Assembly: GCF_000021865.1 (NCBI RefSeq)
Contig: NC_014034.1
Coordinates: 3,210,001 to 3,242,000 of the forward strand
Direction: 5' to 3'
Length of the DNA stretch: 32,000 bases
Origin: Rhodobacter capsulatus SB 1003
GTDB taxonomy: Bacteria > Pseudomonadota > Alphaproteobacteria > Rhodobacterales > Rhodobacteraceae
The translations under genes were made by a program, and so were the position numbers. Positions 1 to 8,542 of this stretch are shown here, in pieces. Position 1 is the first letter of the stretch; the number at the start of each line of letters is the position of its first letter. A model generated the notes under the pieces. That model had not been told where the DNA came from. It searched no databases and saw nothing but the letters and a program-made list of their open reading frames with translations.

Positions 1-35
1 GCGCTTGACCCCGCGGTGACGGCCGAGATCCGCGC

Positions 36-1379
36 TCAGGTGCCGAAGCTGCTGGCGCTTTCGGGCATCTGAGTGAGCTGCCGGGCCAGATCGGCCTTGC
101 GGGCAAGAAGCGTCTCGGCCAGCGCCGCGCGGCCGCCGAACCGGGCCACGACAATGCGGATTGCGGCCTCGGGCAGGCCGATCACCACCATCAGCGCCGC
201 ACGCAGGGCATCGGGCGGCATCGGCCCGAAGAGCGCGACCGCGAAAGGGTTGTCGGGATCGGTGCGCAGCCGGTCCACCTCGGGCACGGTGGGGCCGAAG
301 GCGCGGCCCTTGGGGTCGCCCTGCGCCCGGAAGTCCAGCGCGCCGCCGACATCGAGCGTCGTCACCACGCCGCCGATCACGCCCTGATTGTCGCCCTGAA
401 ACCCGGCGGCGTCCCAGTTCGCCAGCCAAGCATGCACGCCGAACCAGCGCCAGGCCTGCGCCCGCTCGGCCGGGTCCAGCTGCGACAGGCGGGATTTTTC
501 CAGATCGACGAAGACCGTCGCCACCTGATCGGGCGCGGCGCAGGGCAGGTAGGACAGCACCGGCGCCCCGGCCAGACGGTAAAGCGCCGCCGCCAGATAT
601 TCGTTCCGGGCATGGGCGGGGCTTTCCAGCTCCTTGACGTAAAGCCGCCCGCCCGCCGCATCGGCCCAGATCCCGCCGGGATTCGAGCCGAGCCGCCCGC
701 CGACGCGTGTCAGCTGCGCCGGATCGACCCGCGCGGGCTCGGCCAGCGGCAGCGTCGCGCGGACAAGGGCCAGTTGCGCAGGCGTCTCGATCGCGCCGGG
801 CCGGGCCGTCCGCACGGCGTTCACCGCCGCTTTCGGATCGGCGCCCAGTTCCACCAGCAGCCGCGCCGCGATCATCCCCGCCCGGCCAAGCCCGCCCTTG
901 CAATGCACGACGACATCGGCGCCCGCACGCAGGGCGGCGCGGATCACCCGCCCCTCGGCCTGCCAGCGCGCTTCAAAGGCCGGGGTCGGCACGGAATAAT
1001 CGGCAATCGGCAGGGGATGCCAGTCCATCCCCCGCGCGCGGACCTGCGTGCCAAGGTCCGGCACCTTGAGCATGCCCAGTTCCTGCGGCTCGACCAGCGT
1101 CAGCACATGGGCCGCGCCCCAATCCGCAATCGCATCGAGATCAAGGCCCAGATCGCGCGCCCAGGCGCCCGACATCGCGGCGCGGTCGTGCTTGCCGGGG
1201 CAAAAGGTGATGCCGATGCGACCCAGGCCGGGCCCGGCCGGAACCTCGGCGATCTGCAGCGGATGGTAAGGCTGGTGCGGCGCTGGCCATGATCCCCTCG
1301 TGGTCCGGGGCAGGATAGGGCGGCCAGGGGGGGCCCAAGGCCCGGTAACGTCGCAGGGCCGATGCCTCGCGTTCTTCAA
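36..1379 (-). CDS. Cys-based (CX5R) dual-specificity/CDKN3-like protein phosphatase domain fused to a C-terminal atypical kinase-like domain; true 5' end unresolved
   Basis: The phosphatase P-loop VVHCKGGLGRAGM and the upstream IGITFCPGKHD motif are typical of the Cys-phosphatase fold. The C-terminal half carries kinase-like landmarks (GSNPGG, YVK, NE, WLANWD..GDN, LDVGGAL). The ORF-track start (TTG at 1379) and the first ~30 codons lie in IS186-derived DNA and the flanking repeat, so the N-terminus is chimeric. No in-frame ATG/GTG/TTG lies between the IS junction and the phosphatase domain. An SD-preceded ATG at 1290 is out of frame. Confidence 0.6.
   Translation of the reverse strand: MKNARHRPCDVTGPWAPPGRPILPRTTRGSWPAPHQPYHPLQIAEVPAGPGLGRIGITFCPGKHDRAAMSGAWARDLGLDLDAIADWGAAHVLTLVEPQELGMLKVPDLGTQVRARGMDWHPLPIADYSVPTPAFEARWQAEGRVIRAALRAGADVVVHCKGGLGRAGMIAARLLVELGADPKAAVNAVRTARPGAIETPAQLALVRATLPLAEPARVDPAQLTRVGGRLGSNPGGIWADAAGGRLYVKELESPAHARNEYLAAALYRLAGAPVLSYLPCAAPDQVATVFVDLEKSRLSQLDPAERAQAWRWFGVHAWLANWDAAGFQGDNQGVIGGVVTTLDVGGALDFRAQGDPKGRAFGPTVPEVDRLRTDPDNPFAVALFGPMPPDALRAALMVVIGLPEAAIRIVVARFGGRAALAETLLARKADLARQLTQMPESASSFGT
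1291..1360. repeat. Left copy of a ~70-bp imperfect direct repeat flanking the IS186-like segment
   Basis: gatcccctcgtggtccggggcaggataggg...cccaaggcccggtaacgtcgcagggcc aligns to 2640-2711. There are about six substitutions or indels, mostly in G/C runs. Confidence 0.85.
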
Positions 1380-2637
1380 TTGCGTTTTGTAGGCTGTCAG
1401 GGATACTGTCCCACGAATGGTCCACCTGTAAGCTCCTCATGACCATTTTTGTTGATTCTCCACAACGAGTTAGTTCTTCTTTTCGGATCCGGCACTTCTG
1501 GGGGGGAAATCCAGCGATGGCTGGATTAAGTCGTCAATTAAAAATGCGGCGAGTATATTAGCAAATATCCACGCTTTCGCGAATTCAGGTTCCTTTGCAC
1601 GCAAAGCATCCAAGTGCAGCAAACTTTTGAACCGCTTAAAAGCCAGTTCAATTTACCATCACAAACGGTAACAATCAGCCACTTGCTCTGCTGAATATTC
1701 ATCTTCCGGTAATGATGTTAGCAATAGCACATGGCCCGCTGCTTCCATCGTTTCCGCCTGAACTACTCGTCCTTTTCAACGATTCTCGCTGAGCAGTCGG
1801 GTTTTACTGATTAATGCTTTTTCGGGAGGAAGTGATACGGCAATGAGACGTGCCGGAAAGGGAGCTCCGGCTTTTTTATTACCTGAATTGCCTATCATTA
1901 CAGTGGTTTCACCGTTCTTACCGCAATCCAGCCCGCGCAGAAAACCCATCATGTCAAAGCGCATTCCTTCTGCAGTTAACCAGCGCAATCCTCGCCAGTG
2001 AACCCGGACGATATAATCAGCTTCTCCAAAAGCAAGTGAGCGGATACATTCGGGACGCGAACCGAATCCCCGGTCAGCAATGCGTATCTCGTCTGCCGTT
2101 TGCGCAAATCGGTCCAGCCGTTCAGCGTCTCTGCTGTCGGTTAGCTCAAAATCAGTGAACTGACAGGTATGAGGATCATATCCCATATGTAGTCGCCATT
2201 CAGCGCTGCCGCCCCCGGGCGCACTGATTGCTGTTCCATCGACAAGACGCAATCTCTTTCCGCTTGTACAACCCGTAACTGCGGCGCGTACAGCAAGTGT
2301 TTGTGCGGCAAGTATGCCAAACCAGTCGGCGGCATTCCGCAGCCGCTTCAGGAGAGCCACGTCAGATAATGTTGCAACGTCATGGAGCTGAGCCCATGCA
2401 GTGACTTCACGTAATGACATCCCCCCGGGGCCGTAAGCCAGCCCCAGACGTAGCAGAGTTGCAGCATCACGAATTTCGCGGCGGCGGGTTAGAGCCCCGG
2501 CATTACGTGCCGAAGTATCAAGTTCTTCGGGCCTACCAATATGGGCCAGAATTGCTGACCAGTTATCGTGAGAGTAATCCATCGGCACGTCAAATCATAT
2601 CAGGCGTTATACCACAACCCTTAAGTTAGCGCTCATG
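1361..2637 (-). mobile_element. IS186-like (IS4 family) insertion sequence, truncated at one end and carrying a disrupted transposase
   Basis: The segment is visibly AT-richer than its flanks. Read on the minus strand from 2637 it starts CATGAGCGCTAACTTAAGGGTTGTGG (the IS186 terminal repeat as I remember it), followed by the insL-type transposase. No inverted copy of that terminus exists at the 1361 side. IS-like sequence (..CAATTGAAGAACGCGAGGCATCG) simply runs into the high-GC repeat. Confidence 0.85.
1470..2588 (-). pseudogene. insL: IS186/IS4-family DDE transposase (InsL-like) interrupted by three in-frame stop codons
   Basis: The ORF-track piece 1776-2588 (MPMDYSHDNWSAILAHIGRPEELDTSARNAGALTRRREIRD...) matches my memory of E. 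coli IS186 InsL. The same frame continues past TGA (1776-1778), TGA (1659-1661) and TAA (1653-1655) as KGRVVQAETMEAAGHVLLLTSLPEDEYSAEQVADCYRL*W*IELAFKR...PPRSAGSEKKN, ending at the stop at 1470-1472. Confidence 0.85.
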
Positions 2638-2639
2638 GG

Positions 2640-2711
2640 GATCCCCCTCGTGGTCCGGGGCAGGATAGGGGCGGCGCATGGGGGGCCCAAGGCCCGGAAC
2701 GTCGCATGGCC
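2640..2711. repeat. Right copy of the ~70-bp imperfect direct repeat flanking the IS186-like segment
   Basis: gatccccctcgtggtccggggcaggataggggcggcgcatggggggcccaaggcccggaacgtcgcatggcc is roughly nine-tenths identical to 1291-1360 in the same orientation. Confidence 0.85.
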
Positions 2712-2736
2712 GGGAAACCCCGGCCCTGCGCGAAAG

Positions 2737-4059
2737 TTACATGCCAAGCAGATTGGGCAAGGCCAGACTGATCGCCGGGACATAGGTCACCAGCACGAGG
2801 AAGGCGAGCATGGTCAGAAGCCAGGGCCAGACCGCCACCGTCAGTTCGGTGATGCCCATCTTGGTGATCCCCGAGGCGACGTAAAGGTTCAGCCCCACCG
2901 GCGGGTGGCACATGCCGACTTCCATGTTGACGACGATCATGATGCCGAAATGCACCGGGTCGATGCCCAGCCGCACCGCGACCGGAAACAGGATCGGCGC
3001 CATGATCAAGACGATCGAGGAGGGCTCCATGAAGTTGCCCGCGGCCAGCAGCAGGATGTTGACGATGATCAGGAACATCCACCAGGACAGACCCGCGTTC
3101 ACCATCCATTCGCCCAAGGCCTGCGGGATGCCCTCATGCGCCATCAGGAAGCTGAACAGCACCGCATTGGTGATGATGTAAAGCAGCATCGCCGACATGT
3201 TGGCGGACGACAGCAGCACCCGGGGCACGTCGCGCAGGGTCAGGTCCTTGTAGACGAAGACCGAGATGAAAAAGGCGTAGACGGCGCTCATCGCGGCGGC
3301 TTCGGTCGGCGTGAAGATGCCCGCATAGATCCCGCCGATGACGACGACGATCAGCATCAGCCCCCAGGCGGCCTCGCGGAAGGCGGTCCAGCGCTGGCGC
3401 AGGCTGGCCTTTTCCAGACGCGGATAGCCGAATTTGCGCGCCCGGTTCCAGGTGGTGAAGGCAAGGAAGCCCGCCAGCATCAGACCGGGCACGACCCCCG
3501 CCATGAAGAGTTCGCCCACCGAGGCCGAGGAAACCGGCTGGCCATCCGGCCCCGTCACCACCATCCCCGAGGTGGCGACGGCATACATCACCATCACGAT
3601 GGACGGCGGAATGAGAATGCCCAAGGCGCCCGAGGTGGTGATGACGCCCGCGCCGAATTGCTTCGGAAAGCCCTGATTGACCATCGCGGGCAGGATCACC
3701 GAGCCGATGGCTACGACGGTGGCGGGCGAGGAGCCGGACACCGCGGCGAAAAGCGCGCAGGCGATCACGCCCGCAAGGCCAAGCCCGCCGTGCCAGTGAC
3801 CGACCATCGCCGTGGCGAAGTTGATCATCCGCTTCGCCACCCCGCCATGGGTCAGGAAGTTCCCCGCCAGGATGAAGAACGGGATCGCCATGATCTCGAA
3901 TTTCTCGATGCCGGTGAAGAGCTTGAGCGCCACCGTGTCGATCGGCACCTGGGTCATGGTGAACAGGAAGGTCAGCACCGTCAGGCCAAGCGAGATCGAG
4001 ATCGGCATGCCGGTCAGCATCAGCGCGATGAGCAGACCAAAGATGATGAGGGCGCTCAT
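2737..4059 (-). CDS. dctM: TRAP C4-dicarboxylate transporter, large permease subunit DctM
   Basis: Polytopic membrane protein starting MSALIIFGLLIALMLTGMPISISLG, a typical DctM-family N-terminus. The ATG at 4059 lies 1 nt after the dctQ stop. This gives 440 aa, whereas the longer track start at 4086 overlaps dctQ. Confidence 0.95.
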   Translation of the reverse strand: MSALIIFGLLIALMLTGMPISISLGLTVLTFLFTMTQVPIDTVALKLFTGIEKFEIMAIPFFILAGNFLTHGGVAKRMINFATAMVGHWHGGLGLAGVIACALFAAVSGSSPATVVAIGSVILPAMVNQGFPKQFGAGVITTSGALGILIPPSIVMVMYAVATSGMVVTGPDGQPVSSASVGELFMAGVVPGLMLAGFLAFTTWNRARKFGYPRLEKASLRQRWTAFREAAWGLMLIVVVIGGIYAGIFTPTEAAAMSAVYAFFISVFVYKDLTLRDVPRVLLSSANMSAMLLYIITNAVLFSFLMAHEGIPQALGEWMVNAGLSWWMFLIIVNILLLAAGNFMEPSSIVLIMAPILFPVAVRLGIDPVHFGIMIVVNMEVGMCHPPVGLNLYVASGITKMGITELTVAVWPWLLTMLAFLVLVTYVPAISLALPNLLGM

Positions 4060-4060
4060 G

Positions 4061-4744
4061 TCAGTTGTCCTTCGGTTTTTCGACAAGGTCGCGCGGCGTC
4101 AGCGGCGAATGCAGCAGCACGTCGCCCTCGGCATCGATGCCCTCGTTTTCGGTGTCGACGCCATCGACATGGCCGTGGTCGTGATGCGGCAGCTCGCCGG
4201 TGCGGGCAAAGCCGAAGGCCACCTGCAGGAAGCGGAAGCACATCAGCGACGACCCCATCGGGATCGCCAGATAAACCAGCCACATCGGCAGTTCGAGATC
4301 GGGCGAGGTCGAGGAGGCGTGATACATGTGCAGCACGAAATTCGCGCCCAGCGTCGCGATGATGCCGGTGAAGAGCGCCCCGGCCCCCAGACCCAGCAGG
4401 ATGAAGAAGCGCCGCTTCGGCGCGTCAAGCCGGTTGATCAGCACGTCGATGCCGACATGGATCCCGGTGCGCACGCCGTAAGCCGCGCCGAATTTCGCCA
4501 TCCAGACGAACAGGATGATGCACAGCTCCTGCGCCCAGACGAGGTTGATGCCGCGCAGCGTCGTGTAAAGGCTTTTCGCGGCGGCGGCGGCACCGGTCAT
4601 GCCGTGGCCGCGGAAGAAGCCGACGAAATCGGCGACGAAGCCAAGGGTGAAACGATGGGTGACCGACACGAAGATCAGCACCGTCGCCGTCGCGATGAGC
4701 GCGGCAATCAGCACCTCTTCGGCCCGGTCGAGGATGCGCAGCAT
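4061..4744 (-). CDS. dctQ: TRAP C4-dicarboxylate transporter, small permease subunit DctQ
   Basis: 227-aa four-TM protein located between dctP and dctM, in the classical dctPQM order. Confidence 0.9.
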   Translation of the reverse strand: MLRILDRAEEVLIAALIATATVLIFVSVTHRFTLGFVADFVGFFRGHGMTGAAAAAKSLYTTLRGINLVWAQELCIILFVWMAKFGAAYGVRTGIHVGIDVLINRLDAPKRRFFILLGLGAGALFTGIIATLGANFVLHMYHASSTSPDLELPMWLVYLAIPMGSSLMCFRFLQVAFGFARTGELPHHDHGHVDGVDTENEGIDAEGDVLLHSPLTPRDLVEKPKDN

Positions 4745-4801
4745 GGCGGCCCCCGCTTAGGTCGTGGAAGGAAAGGGAAAGGGCGGCGCCGCCCGCAGGT
4801 C

Positions 4802-5803
4802 TTATTCCGCCGTCGCGGCCTTGACGGCGGCGATGGTTTCGGCGCCGATCCGCTCGGCCATTTCGTCATGCACCGGGGTCAGAACCTCTTCCCAGGCGGC
4901 GCGTTCTTCCGCGGTCAGCTCGTGGAATTCGGTCGTGCCGGCGTCTTTCATCGCCTGCAGGGCCTTTTCGTTCTCTTCCTTGGCGATGCCGTTCGCGTAA
5001 TCGGTCGATTCCGCCATCGCCTTTTCCAGACCGGTGCGGACATCGGCGGGCAGGCCGTCCCAGAACTGCTTGTTCACGATCACCGCATAGCCCAGATAGC
5101 CATGGTTCGAGACGGTGGCGTGTTTCTGCACCTCGTTCATCTTTTGCGTGAACATGTTCGAGGGCGGGTTTTCGGTGCCGTCGACAACGCCCGTCTGCAG
5201 CGCCTGATAGACTTCCGAGAAGGCCATGACCTGCGGCACGGCGCCGAGCGCGTTCATCTCGGCTTCCAGCACTTTCGAGGACTGGATGCGCATCTTCAGG
5301 CCGAGGAAATCATCGGGCATCGTCAGCGGCGTGTTCGCCGACATGATCTTGAAGCCGTTGTCCCAGAAGGCCAGCCCGGTGATGCCCTTGGCTTCCAGTT
5401 TCGACAGCAGCATCTTGCCCGCTTCGCCCTGGGTCACCTTGTGCAGGGCCTCGTAGTCCTTGAAGATGTAGGGCAGGTCGAAGACTTCGAAATCCTGCAC
5501 GCCAAGCGGGCCGAATTTCGCCAAGGACGGCGCCAGCATCTGCACCGCGCCCAGTTGCAGCGCTTCAAGCTCTTCCTTGTCCTTGTAAAGCTGGCTGTTG
5601 GGATAGACTTCCACGTCCACCGCGCCGTTGGTGTATTTCTCGGCCAGTTCCTCGAATTTCGCGGCACCCTTGCCCTTGGGCGTGTCGGGGGCGACGACAT
5701 GGCTGAACTTGATCACGATGGGCTCGGCAAGCGCCGGGACCGAAAGCGCAAGGCTGAGCGCGGTGGCGCCGACAAGGGCGCCAAGGATACGACGGGTCAA
5801 CAT
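4802..5803 (-). CDS. dctP: TRAP C4-dicarboxylate periplasmic solute-binding protein DctP
   Basis: Signal peptide MLTRRILGALVGATALSLALSVPALA followed by a DctP-family SBP body (FSHVV..DTPKGK..). GGAGGAG lies 6 nt upstream of the ATG at 5803. The track start at 5857 adds an Arg-rich extension with no RBS. Confidence 0.95.
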   Translation of the reverse strand: MLTRRILGALVGATALSLALSVPALAEPIVIKFSHVVAPDTPKGKGAAKFEELAEKYTNGAVDVEVYPNSQLYKDKEELEALQLGAVQMLAPSLAKFGPLGVQDFEVFDLPYIFKDYEALHKVTQGEAGKMLLSKLEAKGITGLAFWDNGFKIMSANTPLTMPDDFLGLKMRIQSSKVLEAEMNALGAVPQVMAFSEVYQALQTGVVDGTENPPSNMFTQKMNEVQKHATVSNHGYLGYAVIVNKQFWDGLPADVRTGLEKAMAESTDYANGIAKEENEKALQAMKDAGTTEFHELTAEERAAWEEVLTPVHDEMAERIGAETIAAVKAATAE

Positions 5804-5850
5804 GTGATTCTCCTCCGGTTCCCGCTCTCCACGGCGGGCCGCGGCTTTCA

Positions 5851-5891
5851 TGCGCAAGAATCTTGCGCAACGCTATTGCGGCTTTCCGCAA
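5851..5891 (-). promoter_or_regulatory. Two adjacent palindromes upstream of dctP (candidate DctR operator/activator sites)
   Basis: There is a perfect 19-bp palindrome tgcgcaagaAtcttgcgca (5851-5869) and a 16-bp palindrome ttgcggctttccgcaa (5876-5891). They share TTGCG(C/G) half-sites. They lie 48-88 nt upstream of the dctP ATG in the dctP-dctS divergent region. Confidence 0.4.
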
Positions 5892-6041
5892 TCGGAAGAC
5901 ATGTTATGACCAAACGAACGGGAGGAATGTGCCATTTCAAAGCTGCGCGACACCACGGGCGGCCCTGCGGGGGCCGAGGTCTGGACGGTTCCGGGCCTTC
6001 TTGGGGCGCGCAAGCTTGACCTTCTGGCGCTGATCCCGCTG

Positions 6042-7916
6042 GTGGCGATCGTCGCGCTGATGACGCTGGTCGGCGCGCTGCTCTTCGCCGTCGCGCAATC
6101 CGATGCCAACCGCGCCCGGGCGAAACTGGCCACTGCTGCGCTTTGGGTCGAACAGACGCTGCGCTTTCAGATGGCGGTGGACGAGGATGTGCTGGTGCGT
6201 CTGGCGCTGGATGCCAGCGCCGGGGCCTCGCAACAGGCGCTCTCGGCCCGGGCCCGGCTGCATCTGGCGGCGAACCCGGAAACGCTGGGGCTGCGCTGGT
6301 ATGATGCGACCGGCCGTCTGATTGCCGCCGTGCCCGAGGGCCCCGGCCCGGCCGAGGCGGCGCTGGTCAGGCAGCTGCTCGCCTCGGGGGCGCTGCCGCC
6401 GCGGCCGGTCTATGGGCCGGTGCGGGACGGCCGGGTGGTGCTGGCGGAACGGGTCTCGGCCTCGGGGGGGGTGGTGGTGGCGACGGTGTCGCTGCCGATG
6501 ATGCTCGAACGCCATCTGCCCTGGTGGATCGCGGAACAATACGGGGTGCGGATTTCCGACACCTCGGGGGTGCTGGCCGAACGCGCCCGCCGCCCGATCG
6601 CCGCCGCCGCGCCGCGGCACGGCATCAGCTTCGATCCGCCGCTGGCGGGGACGACGCTGGAGATCATGGCCTATGACGCCCCCGATGCCTTTGGCAATGC
6701 CGCGCTTCTGGCGGCGATCGGGGCTTTGTCGGTCTTTGCGGTGCTGGCGATGGTGGTGCTGCACCGAAACGCCCTGCGCCGCCGCATGGCCGAGGACCGG
6801 CTGCGCGCCGAAATGGCCTTTCGCCGCGCGATGGAGGAAAGCCTGACCGTGGGGATGCGGGCGAAGGATCTGTCGGGGCGCATCCTTTACGTCAACGGCG
6901 CCTTTTGCAAGCTGGTCGGGCTGGCGGCCGAGGATCTGGTCGGCCGTGCCCAGCCGATGCCCTATTGGGCGCCCGACTTCCTGGAAGAGACCCTCGCCCG
7001 GCAGCGGCAATTGATCGAGGGGCAGCCGGTGCCGCAGGCCTTTGAAACCCGGTTCCGCCGCTCGGACGGGTCGGAAATCGAGGTGCAGGTCTTTGAAGCG
7101 CCGCTGATCGACGCGGGTGGCCGGCATCGCGGCTGGATGGGCTCGGTGATCGACATCACCCAGGCGAAACAGGCGGCACGGCTGGCGCGCGCGCAGGACG
7201 AAAGCCTGGCCCGCACCGGGCGGCTGGTGACTTTGGGCGAGATGGCCTCGACCCTTGCGCATGAGCTGAACCAGCCGCTGGCCGCCATCGCCTCCTATGC
7301 GGCCGGGGGGCTGAACCTGTTCGATCAGCCCGAGCCGAACCTGACGATGCTGCGGCAAGCCTTTGAAAAGATGGGGGCGCAGGCGCGGCGTGCCGGGCTG
7401 GTGATCCGCCGGGTGCAGGATTTCGTGAAGAAGCGCACGCCGCAGCTGGCGGCCCTCGATCTGTCCGAGGTGCTGGCCGAGGCGCTCTCGATCACCGCCC
7501 CCGTCGCGCGCGAGCATCGGGTGAAGCTCGCCTCGCTGATCGAGGGGCGCATCCCCGGGGTGCAGGCGGACCGCATCCTGATCGAACAGGTGCTGGTCAA
7601 TCTGATCCGCAACGGTGTCGAGGCGATGGCCGAGGGGCCGCGCACCGGCGACGACCTGACGGTGCGGCTGGCCCGCGCGGGCGCCGCCGTCACCATCGAG
7701 GTGATGGACCGCGGCCCGGGCATTTCCGATGCCGTCGCGGCAAGCCTTTTTGACCCCTTCACCTCGACCAAATCCGAGGGCATGGGGATGGGGCTGAACA
7801 TCTGCCGCTCGATCGTCGAGATGCATCACGGCAGCCTGTCGCACGGCCCCCGCGCGGGCGGCGGCACCGTCTTCACCGTCACCCTGCCCGTCCCGCAGGA
7901 GGGGGCCCCGGCATGA
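6042..7916 (+). CDS. dctS: Sensor histidine kinase DctS (TM - periplasmic - TM - PAS - HisKA - HATPase)
   Basis: H-box MASTLAHELNQPL, a PAS-like segment (GRILYVNGAFCKLVG), and N/G boxes (LIRNGVEAM, DRGPGI, GMGMGL). GTG start. The open frame extends upstream to 5910 without ATG/GTG/TTG, so the exact start is uncertain. It overlaps dctR in ATGA. Confidence 0.9.
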   Translation: MAIVALMTLVGALLFAVAQSDANRARAKLATAALWVEQTLRFQMAVDEDVLVRLALDASAGASQQALSARARLHLAANPETLGLRWYDATGRLIAAVPEGPGPAEAALVRQLLASGALPPRPVYGPVRDGRVVLAERVSASGGVVVATVSLPMMLERHLPWWIAEQYGVRISDTSGVLAERARRPIAAAAPRHGISFDPPLAGTTLEIMAYDAPDAFGNAALLAAIGALSVFAVLAMVVLHRNALRRRMAEDRLRAEMAFRRAMEESLTVGMRAKDLSGRILYVNGAFCKLVGLAAEDLVGRAQPMPYWAPDFLEETLARQRQLIEGQPVPQAFETRFRRSDGSEIEVQVFEAPLIDAGGRHRGWMGSVIDITQAKQAARLARAQDESLARTGRLVTLGEMASTLAHELNQPLAAIASYAAGGLNLFDQPEPNLTMLRQAFEKMGAQARRAGLVIRRVQDFVKKRTPQLAALDLSEVLAEALSITAPVAREHRVKLASLIEGRIPGVQADRILIEQVLVNLIRNGVEAMAEGPRTGDDLTVRLARAGAAVTIEVMDRGPGISDAVAASLFDPFTSTKSEGMGMGLNICRSIVEMHHGSLSHGPRAGGGTVFTVTLPVPQEGAPA

Positions 7917-8506
7917 GTTTCACCGTTCATATCGTCGATGACGAGGAAAGCCTGCGCGACAGCCTGGGGTTTCTGTTCGCCTCGCGCGGGATTGCCACGC
8001 GGACCTGGGCCGCGGGCGCGGATCTGCTGGCGGAATGGCCGCTTGCCGATTGCGGCTGTCTGATTCTCGACGTGCGGATGGAGGGGATGTCGGGGCCGCA
8101 GCTTCTGGATGCGCTGCAGGCACGGCCCGAGGGGCTGGTGCCGCCGGTGATCTTTCTGACCGGCCATGCCGATGTGCCGCTCGCCGTGCAATCGCTGAAG
8201 GCGGGGGCCTTTGATTTCGTCGAAAAACCCTTCAACGACAACCACATCGTCGATATCGCCCTGTCTGCGATCGCGGCGCATGAGGGGCGTCTGGCCGAGG
8301 CGCAGGCGCGCGAGGCGGTGGCGGCGCGGCGGGCAAGCCTGTCGGCGCGCGAGGCCGAGGTGATGGCGCTGATGCTGGAAGGGCTGATGAACAAGCAGAT
8401 CGCCGAGCGGCTGGGCATCGCCATGCGCACGGTCGAGGTGCATCGCTCGCGCGTCTTGGCGAAGATGGGGGCGCGCAACATCGCGGATCTGGCCCGGATG
8501 ACCTGA
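7913..8506 (+). CDS. dctR: Response regulator DctR (REC + LuxR/FixJ-type HTH)
   Basis: The receiver domain (VHIVDDEESLRDSL...LILDVRMEGMSG) is followed by a C-terminal LSAREAEVMALMLEGLMNKQIAERLGIAMRTVEVHR HTH. Confidence 0.9.
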   Translation: MSFTVHIVDDEESLRDSLGFLFASRGIATRTWAAGADLLAEWPLADCGCLILDVRMEGMSGPQLLDALQARPEGLVPPVIFLTGHADVPLAVQSLKAGAFDFVEKPFNDNHIVDIALSAIAAHEGRLAEAQAREAVAARRASLSAREAEVMALMLEGLMNKQIAERLGIAMRTVEVHRSRVLAKMGARNIADLARMT

Positions 8507-8525
8507 CTTGATTTCGGGCAAGCGT

Positions 8526-8540
8526 GAACATAATGTGAAC
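8526..8540 (+). promoter_or_regulatory. Alphaproteobacterial LexA (SOS) box, GAAC-N7-GAAC
   Basis: gaacATAATGTgaac ends 3 nt before the ATG of the radical-SAM gene. It contains a -10-like CATAAT (8529-8534). No Shine-Dalgarno is visible, which is compatible with a leaderless, LexA-repressed transcript. Confidence 0.6.
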
Positions 8541-8542
8541 AC

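Noticed and set aside
1141-1446. 101-aa minus-strand ORF spanning the IS186 junction
   Set aside because: This is a chimeric reading frame running from IS-derived DNA through the repeat into an alternative frame of the phosphatase gene. It has no protein-like features. It is useful only because it contains the SD-preceded ATG at 1290 discussed above.
2635-6019. Very long plus-strand ORFs (2635-4362, 575 aa; 3812-6019, 735 aa) opposite dctM/dctQ/dctP
   Set aside because: These are high-GC shadow frames. Their translations are Arg/His/Gly/Asp/Pro low-complexity with no motifs. The opposite strand encodes unmistakable DctPQM proteins.
5937-7844. 635-aa minus-strand ORF antisense to dctS, and the 287-aa ORF 7826-8689 antisense to dctR
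   Set aside because: These are shadow frames of clear histidine-kinase and response-regulator genes, with Arg/Pro/Gly-rich composition.
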